64,000 bases of DNA from an uncultured delta proteobacterium (lineage in GTDB: Bacteria > Myxococcota > UBA727 > VGSZ01). A model generated the notes under the pieces. That model made no database searches. It saw nothing but the letters and a program-made list of their open reading frames with translations, and was not told where the DNA came from. Numbering within the stretch: the stretch's first letter is position 1; each line of letters begins with the position of its first letter. Position numbers and translations under genes: made by a program. The stretch is from assembly GCA_963775425.1 (NCBI GenBank), contig CAVZJB010000014.1:64001-128000 (forward strand). Direction: 5' to 3'. This document shows positions 12,691-21,196 of this stretch, in pieces.

Positions 12691-14195
12691 GCGCGTTGGC
12701 TTTCGCCTTCGTCGCCGCGCTCGCGGCGCGCACCGGCACCGGCGACCCCGCCGAGATCTTCCGTGACAAGGATCCGCAGAGCGACCTCGTGCTCCACGGC
12801 CAGCTTCGCCTGCGCTCGGCGCTGTACAACAACCTCGAGCTCGACCGCCGCCTCTTCAAGCCCGACGCGCTCTTCCCGCAGGGGCTCGTCCTCGGCAACG
12901 ACGCGCGCGTGCGCCTCACGCCCTCGTTCTTCATCGGGGACGACCTGCGCGCGTTCCTCGACGTCGACCTCGTCACCGCGTCGCTCGGTGAGCCGGCGAG
13001 CGGCGGGCCCTACACGGTCCACGACCCGTTCCAGTCGTCGTTCCTCGACGTGCGCGCCGCCGGCGTCGACTGGCTCCTGCCCGTGGGCGTGCTCTCCATC
13101 GGCCGCATGCCCTCGCACTTCGCGCTCGGCATCGCCGCCAACGACGGCGCCGACCTCGACGACGACAACGGCGATCACGCCGACCGCGTCGCCCTCGTCC
13201 TGCCGCTGTACGGCCACCTGCTCGCCGCCGCCTTCGACGTCCTCGACCCGAACGCCCACACGCCGGGCTCGGCGCCCGCGGTGGGCGAGCAGGCGGTCAC
13301 CCTCGGCGTCATGAAGTGGCGCGCGCCCTGGGAGATCGCGCTGTACCGGGACGCCGGCCGCGCCGTCTTCGACTACGGCCTCGCGCTCAGCGCGGAGTGG
13401 TCGCTGAAGGACGCGCCCGGTCCGTGGGCGCTCATCGATCAACAGCTCGAGCCCGACGTCACCGTCGTCCGTCACGACACGCACCTCTTCGTCGCCGACG
13501 CGTGGACGCGCCTGGTGTTCGGCGCCGTGCGGCTCGAGGCCGAGGGCTTCGTCAGCGACCTCGGCATCGACAACCCCTCCGCCATCCCCGGCGTCGACGT
13601 GCGCGAGCCCATCACGGGCAACCCCGCGGCCGCCGCGCTCGTCGCCGACGTACGCGCCTTCGACGACGCGAGCGCCGACGGCGCGCACGCGCTCCTCGAG
13701 CTCGGCGCCGCGTCGGCGGATCCGGCGCCGGGCTTCCCCGCCGCCGACCCGACCACCGCCGCGGGCGCGCGCCCCGGCGACGTCTTCGGTCCGCAGGTCG
13801 TGTTCGTGCGCGACATGCGCTTCGACGCCGCGCGCATGCACCCGCTGCACCGCGTCGACCTCATCCTGTGGCGCACGCTGCTCGGCGGCGTCTCCGAGGC
13901 GGGCTACGTGCGGCTCAACGTCGCGGGCTCGCCGCTGCCGTGGCTGCGCCTCGAGGGCAACGCCATCTATTCGCAGGCGTTCGCCCCGGGCAGCGCCCCC
14001 GGGGGCGTCGGCCCCCTCGGCGTCGAGGTCGACGGCGCCGCCGTCGTCAGCGCGCCCTTCGCCCCCGGCGTCTCCCTGCGCGTCGACGCCGGCAACCTCT
14101 TTCCCCTCGGCGGGCTCGCCGACCTCGGCGGTTCGCCGACGTCGGTGTCGTCGTGGGCGCAGATGGTCATCGTGAGGCTCGGCTATGCGCTTTGA
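12687..14195 (+). CDS. Outer-membrane beta-barrel, TIGR04551-like
   Basis: GTGA overlap; GRMPSHFALGIAANDG..DDDNGDHADR motif; alternating beta strands; C-terminal VRLGYAL. Confidence 0.65.
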   Translation: MSALAFAFVAALAARTGTGDPAEIFRDKDPQSDLVLHGQLRLRSALYNNLELDRRLFKPDALFPQGLVLGNDARVRLTPSFFIGDDLRAFLDVDLVTASLGEPASGGPYTVHDPFQSSFLDVRAAGVDWLLPVGVLSIGRMPSHFALGIAANDGADLDDDNGDHADRVALVLPLYGHLLAAAFDVLDPNAHTPGSAPAVGEQAVTLGVMKWRAPWEIALYRDAGRAVFDYGLALSAEWSLKDAPGPWALIDQQLEPDVTVVRHDTHLFVADAWTRLVFGAVRLEAEGFVSDLGIDNPSAIPGVDVREPITGNPAAAALVADVRAFDDASADGAHALLELGAASADPAPGFPAADPTTAAGARPGDVFGPQVVFVRDMRFDAARMHPLHRVDLILWRTLLGGVSEAGYVRLNVAGSPLPWLRLEGNAIYSQAFAPGSAPGGVGPLGVEVDGAAVVSAPFAPGVSLRVDAGNLFPLGGLADLGGSPTSVSSWAQMVIVRLGYAL

Positions 14196-14226
14196 ACGCC
14201 CCCGGCGGGGGACAAGCCCCCGCGCC

Positions 14227-15072
14227 ATGACGGTGCTCGTCGTCGTCGCCGCCGTCGTCGCGGCCGGGGCATGCGCGCCCGCGCCCGCGCCGGAGGACAC
14301 GCTGTTCACGCCGGTGGTGCTCCCCGCGTGCAACGCCAACGCCGACGGCATCATCGAGCACGACGAGATGCCGTTCGTCGTCGGCGCCACCGCGCGGGTG
14401 CGCGTCGGCGAGAACGTCCCCGTCGACGTCGCCGGCGCGCCCGCCAGCTCCGTCGGCGGCGGGGGCAGCGCGCGGGTGTGGGACCTCTCGCGCCCCGACC
14501 CCGACAGCGAGCCGGTGGGCCTCCTCACGCTGCAGTCGATGGACGGCCAGTGGTTCGCCGGCGACTTCCCGGACGCCGACTACGCCGGCCCCCTCGCGCC
14601 GGGCGGCGGTCTGCTCGGCCCGCTCGTCGTCGACGCCGACGGCGTCAAGCTCCTCGGCTCCGTCAGCGCCGACGAGAGCCCGCCGGAGGGACGCACCGAG
14701 CTCGCCTATCAGGACCCGGTGATGCTCTATCCGTTCCCGCTCCAGGTCGGCACCCACGCGGTCACAGAGACCCAGGCCGTCGACGGGGTGGCCCAGGGCA
14801 TCCCCGTCGCCGTCGACGACACCTACACCATCGACGTCACCGCCCACGGCAAGGTCATCCTCAAAGACCTCGTCCTCGAGGACGCCCTGCGCGTCACCGT
14901 GCGCCTCGAGCGCGTCCCCGTCGCCGGCATCGCCGTGCAGCAGGTGACGCAGGTGTTCGTCAACGAGTGCGTCGGCGAGGTCGCCCGCTTCGTGTCTCCG
15001 TTCGTCCCCCTCGACCAGGAGCTGCCCGACGACTTCGACGTCGCCGAGCAGGTCTGGCGCCTCTCCCTGTAA
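14227..15072 (+). CDS. Lipoprotein, paralogous to the C-terminal domain of 10613-11632
   Basis: MTVLVVVAAVVAAGAC lipobox (alternative start 14185). Shared motifs: WD[LF], DGQWFA.[DT]F.D, Y..P....FP, D.Y...ID..G, LR, C[VL]G.[VI]A. Confidence 0.72.
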   Translation: MTVLVVVAAVVAAGACAPAPAPEDTLFTPVVLPACNANADGIIEHDEMPFVVGATARVRVGENVPVDVAGAPASSVGGGGSARVWDLSRPDPDSEPVGLLTLQSMDGQWFAGDFPDADYAGPLAPGGGLLGPLVVDADGVKLLGSVSADESPPEGRTELAYQDPVMLYPFPLQVGTHAVTETQAVDGVAQGIPVAVDDTYTIDVTAHGKVILKDLVLEDALRVTVRLERVPVAGIAVQQVTQVFVNECVGEVARFVSPFVPLDQELPDDFDVAEQVWRLSL

Positions 15073-15108
15073 CCCCTTGCCCGCACCCCCATCGACCCAG
15101 GAGAAACC

Positions 15109-15327
15109 GTGTCGACCGACAAGAAGCAACAGCCGCTGCCCGAAGAAGCGCTCGACAAGATGATCAGCCTCATCGAGGGCCCCATGAACACCGCCGGCGA
15201 GAAGATCCTGTCGTCGACGATCGTCCTCGCCCCCCTCTCCCTCGGCATGGACCTCTCCATGCGCGCGCTCGCCCGACTGCGCGGCGCCGTCGACAACGAT
15301 CGCTTCGGAAAGAAGGCCCGCCGATGA
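15109..15327 (+). CDS. 72-aa protein coupled to phaC
   Basis: SD AGGAG before GTG; GC3-rich codons; ATGA overlap with phaC. Confidence 0.6.
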   Translation: MSTDKKQQPLPEEALDKMISLIEGPMNTAGEKILSSTIVLAPLSLGMDLSMRALARLRGAVDNDRFGKKARR

Positions 15328-16430
15328 TGACCGAGATCCTTTCGCGCAGCGGCTTGTTCAGCGCCGTCCCCACCGCGCTCGCCCGCATGAACGGCGCCAT
15401 GATGCTCGCGCGCGTCTCCCTCGATCGCACGCCGGCCCCGGTGGCGCCGTCGCCCGCCGTGGTCATCGCCACCGAGGGCGCCGCGCAGCTCATGCGCTAC
15501 GAGGCCGTGCCCGGCGTCGCCAAGAAGGACCCGATCCTCTTGTGCCCGAGCCTCATCAACCGGCTCTACGTGCTCGACCTCAAGGAGGGCATCTCCGTCG
15601 TCGAGGTGCTCAGAAAGGCCGGCCACACCGTCTACGGCATCGACTGGGGCGAGCCCGGCGAGGCCGAGCGCGGCGTGCGGTTCGAGGGCTTCGTGCGCCG
15701 CCTGCAGCGCTTCCTCGAGGTCGGCTGCGCCGACGCCGGCGTCGAGCGCATGCACCTGCTCGGGCACTGCCTCGGCGGCACCATGGCCACCGCGCTCGCC
15801 GCCACCGACGACAGCCGCATCCAGAGCCTCATCAACCTCACCGCCCCCGTCGCCTTCCACGACGCCGGGCTGTTGTCCAAGTGGACGCGCGCGCCGTTCT
15901 TCCACGCCGAAAACGTCGTGCGCGCCGTGGGCCACGTCCCGCCCTGGCTCACGCAGCCGGCGTTTCAAATCTTGAAGCCCATGGGGCAGCCGTCGAAGGC
16001 GCTGCGCCTGTTCCAGTCGCTCGACAAGCCGCAGTTCCTCGAGTTCTTCCGCTGCCTCGAGACCTGGATCAACGACAACGTCTCCATCCCCGACGCCTTC
16101 TTCGTCGACCTCGTCGAGGTGCTCTACAAGAAAGACGGCCTCGTCACCGGCAAGCTGCACTTCGCCGAGGGCCCGGTGGTGCTCGAGGAGGTCACGGTGC
16201 CGCTGCTCACGGTGGCGGCCGCCGAGGACCACATCGTGCCCAAGGACTCCGCGCTCGCCGGCGTCGCGCGCTTCTCCTCGAAGAAGAAGCGCACCGAGGT
16301 GCTCCCCGGCGGCCACATCGGCGTCGTCGTCGGCGGCCTCGCCCGCCGCCGCTTGTGGCCGCTGCTCCTCGAGTGGCTCGAGGAGACCGCGCTGCCTCCT
16401 CCCGCCATGAAGCTCGAGGTGCTCCAGTGA
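15324..16430 (+). CDS. phaC: PHA synthase PhaC, class III/IV-type (about 368 aa)
   Basis: PILLCPSLINRLYVLDL, IDWGEP, lipase-box-like GHCLGG (catalytic Cys), EDHIVP (Asp), GGHIG (His). Confidence 0.88.
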   Translation: MMTEILSRSGLFSAVPTALARMNGAMMLARVSLDRTPAPVAPSPAVVIATEGAAQLMRYEAVPGVAKKDPILLCPSLINRLYVLDLKEGISVVEVLRKAGHTVYGIDWGEPGEAERGVRFEGFVRRLQRFLEVGCADAGVERMHLLGHCLGGTMATALAATDDSRIQSLINLTAPVAFHDAGLLSKWTRAPFFHAENVVRAVGHVPPWLTQPAFQILKPMGQPSKALRLFQSLDKPQFLEFFRCLETWINDNVSIPDAFFVDLVEVLYKKDGLVTGKLHFAEGPVVLEEVTVPLLTVAAAEDHIVPKDSALAGVARFSSKKKRTEVLPGGHIGVVVGGLARRRLWPLLLEWLEETALPPPAMKLEVLQ

Positions 16431-17632
16431 CCGCCATCGCCGCCGCCGCGCGCGGCGCCGGCGTCGCCGTCGACGGCCGCGCCCGCCAGCTCGCCATCGG
16501 GGCGTTGATGCCGATGGTCTACATGCTCTTCGGCGTCACCTGGCTCGCCTACGTGCCGCTGCTCCCCGAGGTGGCCAAGAGCGTCGACAAGCCCATCCCC
16601 GAGGCGGCGTTCCTCATCGTCGTCATCTCGTGGGCCAAGAGCTTCGTGCCCATCCTCGCCGGCATCGTCGCCGCGCGCATCGGGCTCACCAACGCACTGC
16701 GCGTGGGCGGCGTCCTCGTGCTGGTCGGCGCCGCCGCCCCGTGGATGCACAGCTACGGCGTGGCCGTGGCCGTGCGCTTCCTCTTCGGCATGGGCGGCGC
16801 CGTGTGGGTGACGCTTATGGGGCCGGTGGTGCTGGCGTCCCTGTCGCCGTCGCAGCGCCCGGTCGCCAACGCCGTCAACGGCGTCGCCGTCAACGCGGGC
16901 ATCGTCATCGCCTACGCGGTGACGTTGCCGCTCGCGAAGCTCATCGGTCCGCAGTGGGCGCTGACGCTCGCGAGCGTGCTCACGGGCGCGTGCCTGATGG
17001 CGCTCGGCTTCTGCGGCAAGCTCGGCGACGTCGCGCCCGTCTCGGTCTTCGGCACGCTCAAGGCCTACGCGCGCACGCTCAAGCTCCCGGCCACGTGGAT
17101 CCTGGCGGTGGCCTTCTGCGGCCCGCTCGCCTTGTACCTGATGCTGAACACGTACCTGTCGCAGCACCTGATCGCGGCGTACCACCTGGACCGCAGCGCG
17201 GCGTCGCACTGGATGATCTGGCTGAACATCTGGGCGCTCCCCGCGTCGCTGTTGTCGGGCGTGCTCCTGCGCCGCTTCAAGACCCCGGTGCCCATGCTGC
17301 TCGCCGTCGTCATCGCGCCCGTCGGCCTCTACGTGGCGCTGTCCGGCGAGGGCGACGTCGCGCGCGCCGTCGGCTTCGTCCTCGTCGCCGTCGGGATGTT
17401 CCTCCCGGTGTCGCCGCTGGTGACGACCGTCCAGAAGATCCCCGGGATGTCGCCGCAGGACTTCGGGATGATCGTCGGGACCATGTTCGCCGTGAGCTAC
17501 GTGGTCTCCTCCGCGATCCCCACCGCCGTCGCCCCCCTGGTGGCGCACGGCGTCGCGCTCGGGACCCTCCTGTCCGCCGCCGGCCTGCTGGGCCTCACAC
17601 CGCTGGTGGGCCTTCTGCTCAAACGCTCGTAA
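16427..17632 (+). CDS. MFS transporter
   Basis: About 12 TM segments; G..AARIG motif A-like; VRFLFGMG; GTGA overlap with phaC. Confidence 0.8.
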   Translation: MTAIAAAARGAGVAVDGRARQLAIGALMPMVYMLFGVTWLAYVPLLPEVAKSVDKPIPEAAFLIVVISWAKSFVPILAGIVAARIGLTNALRVGGVLVLVGAAAPWMHSYGVAVAVRFLFGMGGAVWVTLMGPVVLASLSPSQRPVANAVNGVAVNAGIVIAYAVTLPLAKLIGPQWALTLASVLTGACLMALGFCGKLGDVAPVSVFGTLKAYARTLKLPATWILAVAFCGPLALYLMLNTYLSQHLIAAYHLDRSAASHWMIWLNIWALPASLLSGVLLRRFKTPVPMLLAVVIAPVGLYVALSGEGDVARAVGFVLVAVGMFLPVSPLVTTVQKIPGMSPQDFGMIVGTMFAVSYVVSSAIPTAVAPLVAHGVALGTLLSAAGLLGLTPLVGLLLKRS

Positions 17633-17747
17633 AGCCAAATGAATTCGGGCTGTCCGGCGTTCGCCCTACATCCCGATCCACGGTCGCAACGGGCCCTCCG
17701 GGCGGGCGATAATGGGGAGAGACCTTTTCTCTTTCCAGGAGTTTCCC

Positions 17748-18260
17748 ATGTCTGACCCCGTCTCCGGAGGCATCGGCAAAGCCAGCCAACAGATGATGCA
17801 AGAGCTCCAAAAGCAGATGGAGCAGAACCAGGGCGTCGCCAAGAACGGCGGCGCCGGCCAGTTCAACGACGTCATGGCGCAGCAGGGGGTGCAGAACCCC
17901 GCGCAGGTGAACCCGGCCATGGACCCTTCGAAGGTCAACGAGACCCAGAAGGCCGCCGAGGTGCTGCGGACGGCGCAGGCGCAGCAGGTGCACGGCGTCG
18001 ACAAGTCGCTGCAGGTGAAGCCCGTCGAGGGCGCCGAGAAGACCCACGGCCTCAAGCAGGTGCTCAACCAGGTCGTCGACGGCCAGAACAAGCTCGACCA
18101 GATCATCAAGATGGCCACGAGCGGCAAGGTCTACGGCAACCAGCAGCTGCTCGCGGTGCAGGCCGCGGTCTACAAGTTCTCGCAGGAGCTCGAGCTCACC
18201 TCGAAGGTCGTGGAGAAGGCGACGTCGGGCGTGAAGCAGACCATGCAGACGCAGGTCTGA
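17748..18260 (+). CDS. T3SS inner-rod-like protein (SctI/YscI/HrpB2 family, myxobacterial type)
   Basis: SD AGGAG; C-terminus QQLLAVQAAVYKFSQELELTSKVVEKATSGVKQTMQTQV is typical of the rod family. Confidence 0.7.
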   Translation: MSDPVSGGIGKASQQMMQELQKQMEQNQGVAKNGGAGQFNDVMAQQGVQNPAQVNPAMDPSKVNETQKAAEVLRTAQAQQVHGVDKSLQVKPVEGAEKTHGLKQVLNQVVDGQNKLDQIIKMATSGKVYGNQQLLAVQAAVYKFSQELELTSKVVEKATSGVKQTMQTQV

Positions 18261-18355
18261 AAGGCTGACGAAAAAAAAGGAGCGGAGAGCTCGGCGCCCC
18301 GGCGCTCAACTCGGCGCGAGTCTTCGTCGCCGAGCTCGGAGCTCCTTTCCGCTCC
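18257..18355. other. Structured intergenic element starting with a 24-nt motif shared with 60850-60873
   Basis: GGAGCGGA (18279-86) pairs with TCCGCTCC (18348-55), with internal stems; adjacent A8 reads as U8 on the minus strand. Confidence 0.5.
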
Positions 18356-18450
18356 GCCGTGTGGCCGTAGGTGTCCGAAGGCGGGTGCCGGATTGCGGCG
18401 GGAGGCCGGCCAAACTATGACCGGCCTCCGCGCTTTTTGGGGAGGTCCCG

Positions 18451-19572
18451 ATGTCCCGCCGGCTTCGAGGGGAGCACGCCCGCCGCGTCGGCGGCGTCGC
18501 TGGCGCCTGCGTCGCCGTCGCGCTCGTCTCCGGCTGCGGCGACGTCGCGCCGCTCGGGAGCGCGGGCCCCGTGGCCGGCGTCGACGACGACAGCGGCGTG
18601 CCCGTGCAGCTCACGGGCACCGGCGTCGCCGAGCGCGAGGGCTTCGTCCCCCTCGGGCCGCCCTACCCGATCATCCTCGTGCACGGCTTCTCGGGTTGGG
18701 ACGACATCGGGCCCGTCGGCTACTTCTTCCAGGTGAAGCAGGCCCTCGAAGACGACGGCGACGACGTCACCACCCCGGCGCTGCCGCCGTACACGAGCTC
18801 CGACGAGCGCGCGCGCGTGCTCGCGAACGTCATCGACGACGTCCTCGCGCGCACGGGCAAGCGCGAGGTGCACCTCATCGGCCACAGCCAGGGAGGCATG
18901 GACATCCGCCGCGTGGTCGGCGGCATGGGCTACGGCGCCGCCGGCAAGATCGCCTCGGTGACGACGATCTCCACGCCGCACCAGGGCACCGCCGTCGCCG
19001 ACCTCGCCGCTTCCGCCCCCGACGGCGTCTTGAACCCGGCGGGCCAGCTCTTGCAGTGGCTCCTCGGCGCCGGCGGCGCGCCCCCCGACCAGGCGAGCTG
19101 GGCCAGCGACGACACCAGCGACGCCTGGACGCCCGACCTCGCCGACTCCATCCGCAGCCTCACGCCCGCGGCCGCGCGTGAGCTCGCGGCGCACAACCGC
19201 ATCCCCGCGGACATCCCGTTCTTCACCGTCGCGGGCGTCTCCAACCTGCGCTCGCTCGACAACCCGCAGTGCGCGGCGTCTCTGTGGGGCCGCGGCGACG
19301 CCGTCGACGACACCGACCCCCTGCTCGTCGCCTCGGGGACGTACCTGTCGTTCACCGACGGCGGCGACGTCGGCCAGCCCACGCCCAACGACGGCCTCGT
19401 GACGGTGGCCTCGGCGCGGGCGCCGGAGAGCACGTTCCTCGGCTGCGTCCCCGCCGACCACTTCGACGAGATCGGCCAGGTCGCCGACGTCATCCCCGAC
19501 ATCATCTCGGGCTGGGACCACGTGGCGTTCTACCGCCGGCTGGTCGCGCAGATTCGTACGACGGAGCAATGA
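18451..19572 (+). CDS. Triacylglycerol lipase (family I-like), lipoprotein
   Basis: YPIILVHGFSG, GHSQGG, STPHQGT, NDGLV, DHFDEIGQ; lipobox VSGC; SD GGGAGG. Confidence 0.88.
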   Translation: MSRRLRGEHARRVGGVAGACVAVALVSGCGDVAPLGSAGPVAGVDDDSGVPVQLTGTGVAEREGFVPLGPPYPIILVHGFSGWDDIGPVGYFFQVKQALEDDGDDVTTPALPPYTSSDERARVLANVIDDVLARTGKREVHLIGHSQGGMDIRRVVGGMGYGAAGKIASVTTISTPHQGTAVADLAASAPDGVLNPAGQLLQWLLGAGGAPPDQASWASDDTSDAWTPDLADSIRSLTPAAARELAAHNRIPADIPFFTVAGVSNLRSLDNPQCAASLWGRGDAVDDTDPLLVASGTYLSFTDGGDVGQPTPNDGLVTVASARAPESTFLGCVPADHFDEIGQVADVIPDIISGWDHVAFYRRLVAQIRTTEQ

Positions 19573-19627
19573 CCCGTCGACGACGGCGAAGCGCGCGAGC
19601 CCCGGCCCCACGGCGTCGAGCGTCGCC

Positions 19628-20503
19628 GTGAGCGCGCTCGACGCGCACGAGCTGCTGGCGCCGCTGTTGCGCTCGCCGGCGGGGACGCTGTGGGTCGCGC
19701 GGCGGCCCGACGGCGCGGTCGTCGAGCTCCTGACCCTCGAGCCGCTTCGCGACGACATCGACGAGGCGTTCTTTCGCGGCGACGTCGTCCCCGCGTGGGA
19801 GCGCGTGACGGCGCTCGGCGACGCGCGCCTGCCGCAGCTCGTCGACGCGCCGTTCCGCGCCGACGGCCGGAACGTGCTGCCCTTCGCGCACACGCCGTGC
19901 ATCTCCCTCGACGACGTCGTCGCGCGCGCGATCGCCGACGGCGGGCTCGCGTTGCCTTTCGTCGTCGCCGTCGGTCGCGAGCTTCTCGGCGCGCTCGCGC
20001 GCCTGCACGGCGCGGGCATCATCCACGGCGATCTCCACCCGCGCGTGCTCGCCGCAACGCTGGACGGACGCGCCCGCATCCTCGGCGCGTTCCTCGATCG
20101 CATCCCGTACTACCGCGACGTGCTCGGCATGCCGCCGCAGCTCGGCTACGCGTCGCCGGAGTCGATGCGCGGCCGCGCGCTCACGCCCGCCGCCGACGTC
20201 TACATGCTGGGCGTCGTCCTCCTCGAGCTGGCGGCGGGCAGGCGCGCCGTCGACGAGCCGAGCCTGAGCGGCGCGCTCGCCCAGTCGCTCGCCGGACCCG
20301 CGCGCGCCGTCGACGCCGCGCGCGCGGATCTCCCCGACGCGTTCCGCGAGATCGTCCGGCGCATGGTCCTCGTGGAGCCCACCCGCCGCGCCACGCTGGC
20401 GCAGATCGCGGCCGTGCTCGACGGCGAGCTCGCGTGGGCGGCGTGGACGCCGGAGCAGGTGCAGGCGGAGCTGCGCGCCCTCTTCCCCGAGAGGTTTCCC
20501 TGA
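19628..20503 (+). CDS. Degenerate Ser/Thr kinase-like protein
   Basis: IHGDLHP, GYASPE and ADVYMLG are present; no Gly-rich loop, VAIK or DFG. Confidence 0.6.
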   Translation: MSALDAHELLAPLLRSPAGTLWVARRPDGAVVELLTLEPLRDDIDEAFFRGDVVPAWERVTALGDARLPQLVDAPFRADGRNVLPFAHTPCISLDDVVARAIADGGLALPFVVAVGRELLGALARLHGAGIIHGDLHPRVLAATLDGRARILGAFLDRIPYYRDVLGMPPQLGYASPESMRGRALTPAADVYMLGVVLLELAAGRRAVDEPSLSGALAQSLAGPARAVDAARADLPDAFREIVRRMVLVEPTRRATLAQIAAVLDGELAWAAWTPEQVQAELRALFPERFP

Positions 20504-20552
20504 TCGCGCGAGCGCGCGTGCAACGGCGGGGGCGCGATGCCATGTTGCCCCG

Positions 20553-21182
20553 GTGACCGCCCGCCGCTCCCGCAAAGCCCCCTCGCCGCGCGCGACGAAG
20601 CCGTCGTCGCCGGCCGCCCCGCAGGTGCGCGTGCGCGACGGATCGGTGCGCGAGGATCCGCTCATCGAGCACAAGGCGGCGCTCGCGAAGATCGACGGCG
20701 CCGTGGCGCTCGCGTCATCCAAGGCGGGTGACGCGCTCGTGTGCAAGCGCGGCTGCGCCTCGTGCTGCGTGGACGGCTTGAGCGTCCTCCCCGTCGAAGC
20801 CGCGCTCATCGAGGAGAGCGGACTCATGCCACCGCCGGTGAGCGCCGCGGGCGCGTGCGCGTTCCTCGACGAGGACGGCGCCTGCTCCATCTACCCGGTG
20901 CGCCCCGTGTTGTGCCGCACCCACGGGCTGGCGCTGCGCACGTCCGCCGGCGGCGACGACGTCAACGAGGGCGCGCCGCGGGCGGGCCTCCGCGTGCTCG
21001 GCGAGGTGAGCGCGTGCGGCCTCAACTACACCGCGCGCGCGCCCCGGGCCGACGAGGTCCTCGACGCGGGCGCGGTGCTCGCGCTGCTCGTCACGGTCGA
21101 CCGCCGCTACCGCAAGCGCGTCGGCCTCCCCGACGACACCTCGCGCGTCCCGCTCCGGGTGCTCGCGGCGCGCTCGCGCTGA
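20553..21182 (+). CDS. YkgJ-family cysteine cluster protein
   Basis: CKRGCASCC...CAFL...CSIYPVRPVLCRTHG. Confidence 0.82.
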   Translation: MTARRSRKAPSPRATKPSSPAAPQVRVRDGSVREDPLIEHKAALAKIDGAVALASSKAGDALVCKRGCASCCVDGLSVLPVEAALIEESGLMPPPVSAAGACAFLDEDGACSIYPVRPVLCRTHGLALRTSAGGDDVNEGAPRAGLRVLGEVSACGLNYTARAPRADEVLDAGAVLALLVTVDRRYRKRVGLPDDTSRVPLRVLAARSR

Positions 21183-21196
21183 CGCGGCCGCGAAGC

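Noticed and set aside
17748-18260. Label 'ATP-dependent helicase HrpB' sometimes given to similar proteins
   Set aside because: 170 aa with no helicase motifs; the similarity is to the T3SS HrpB2/YscI rod family.
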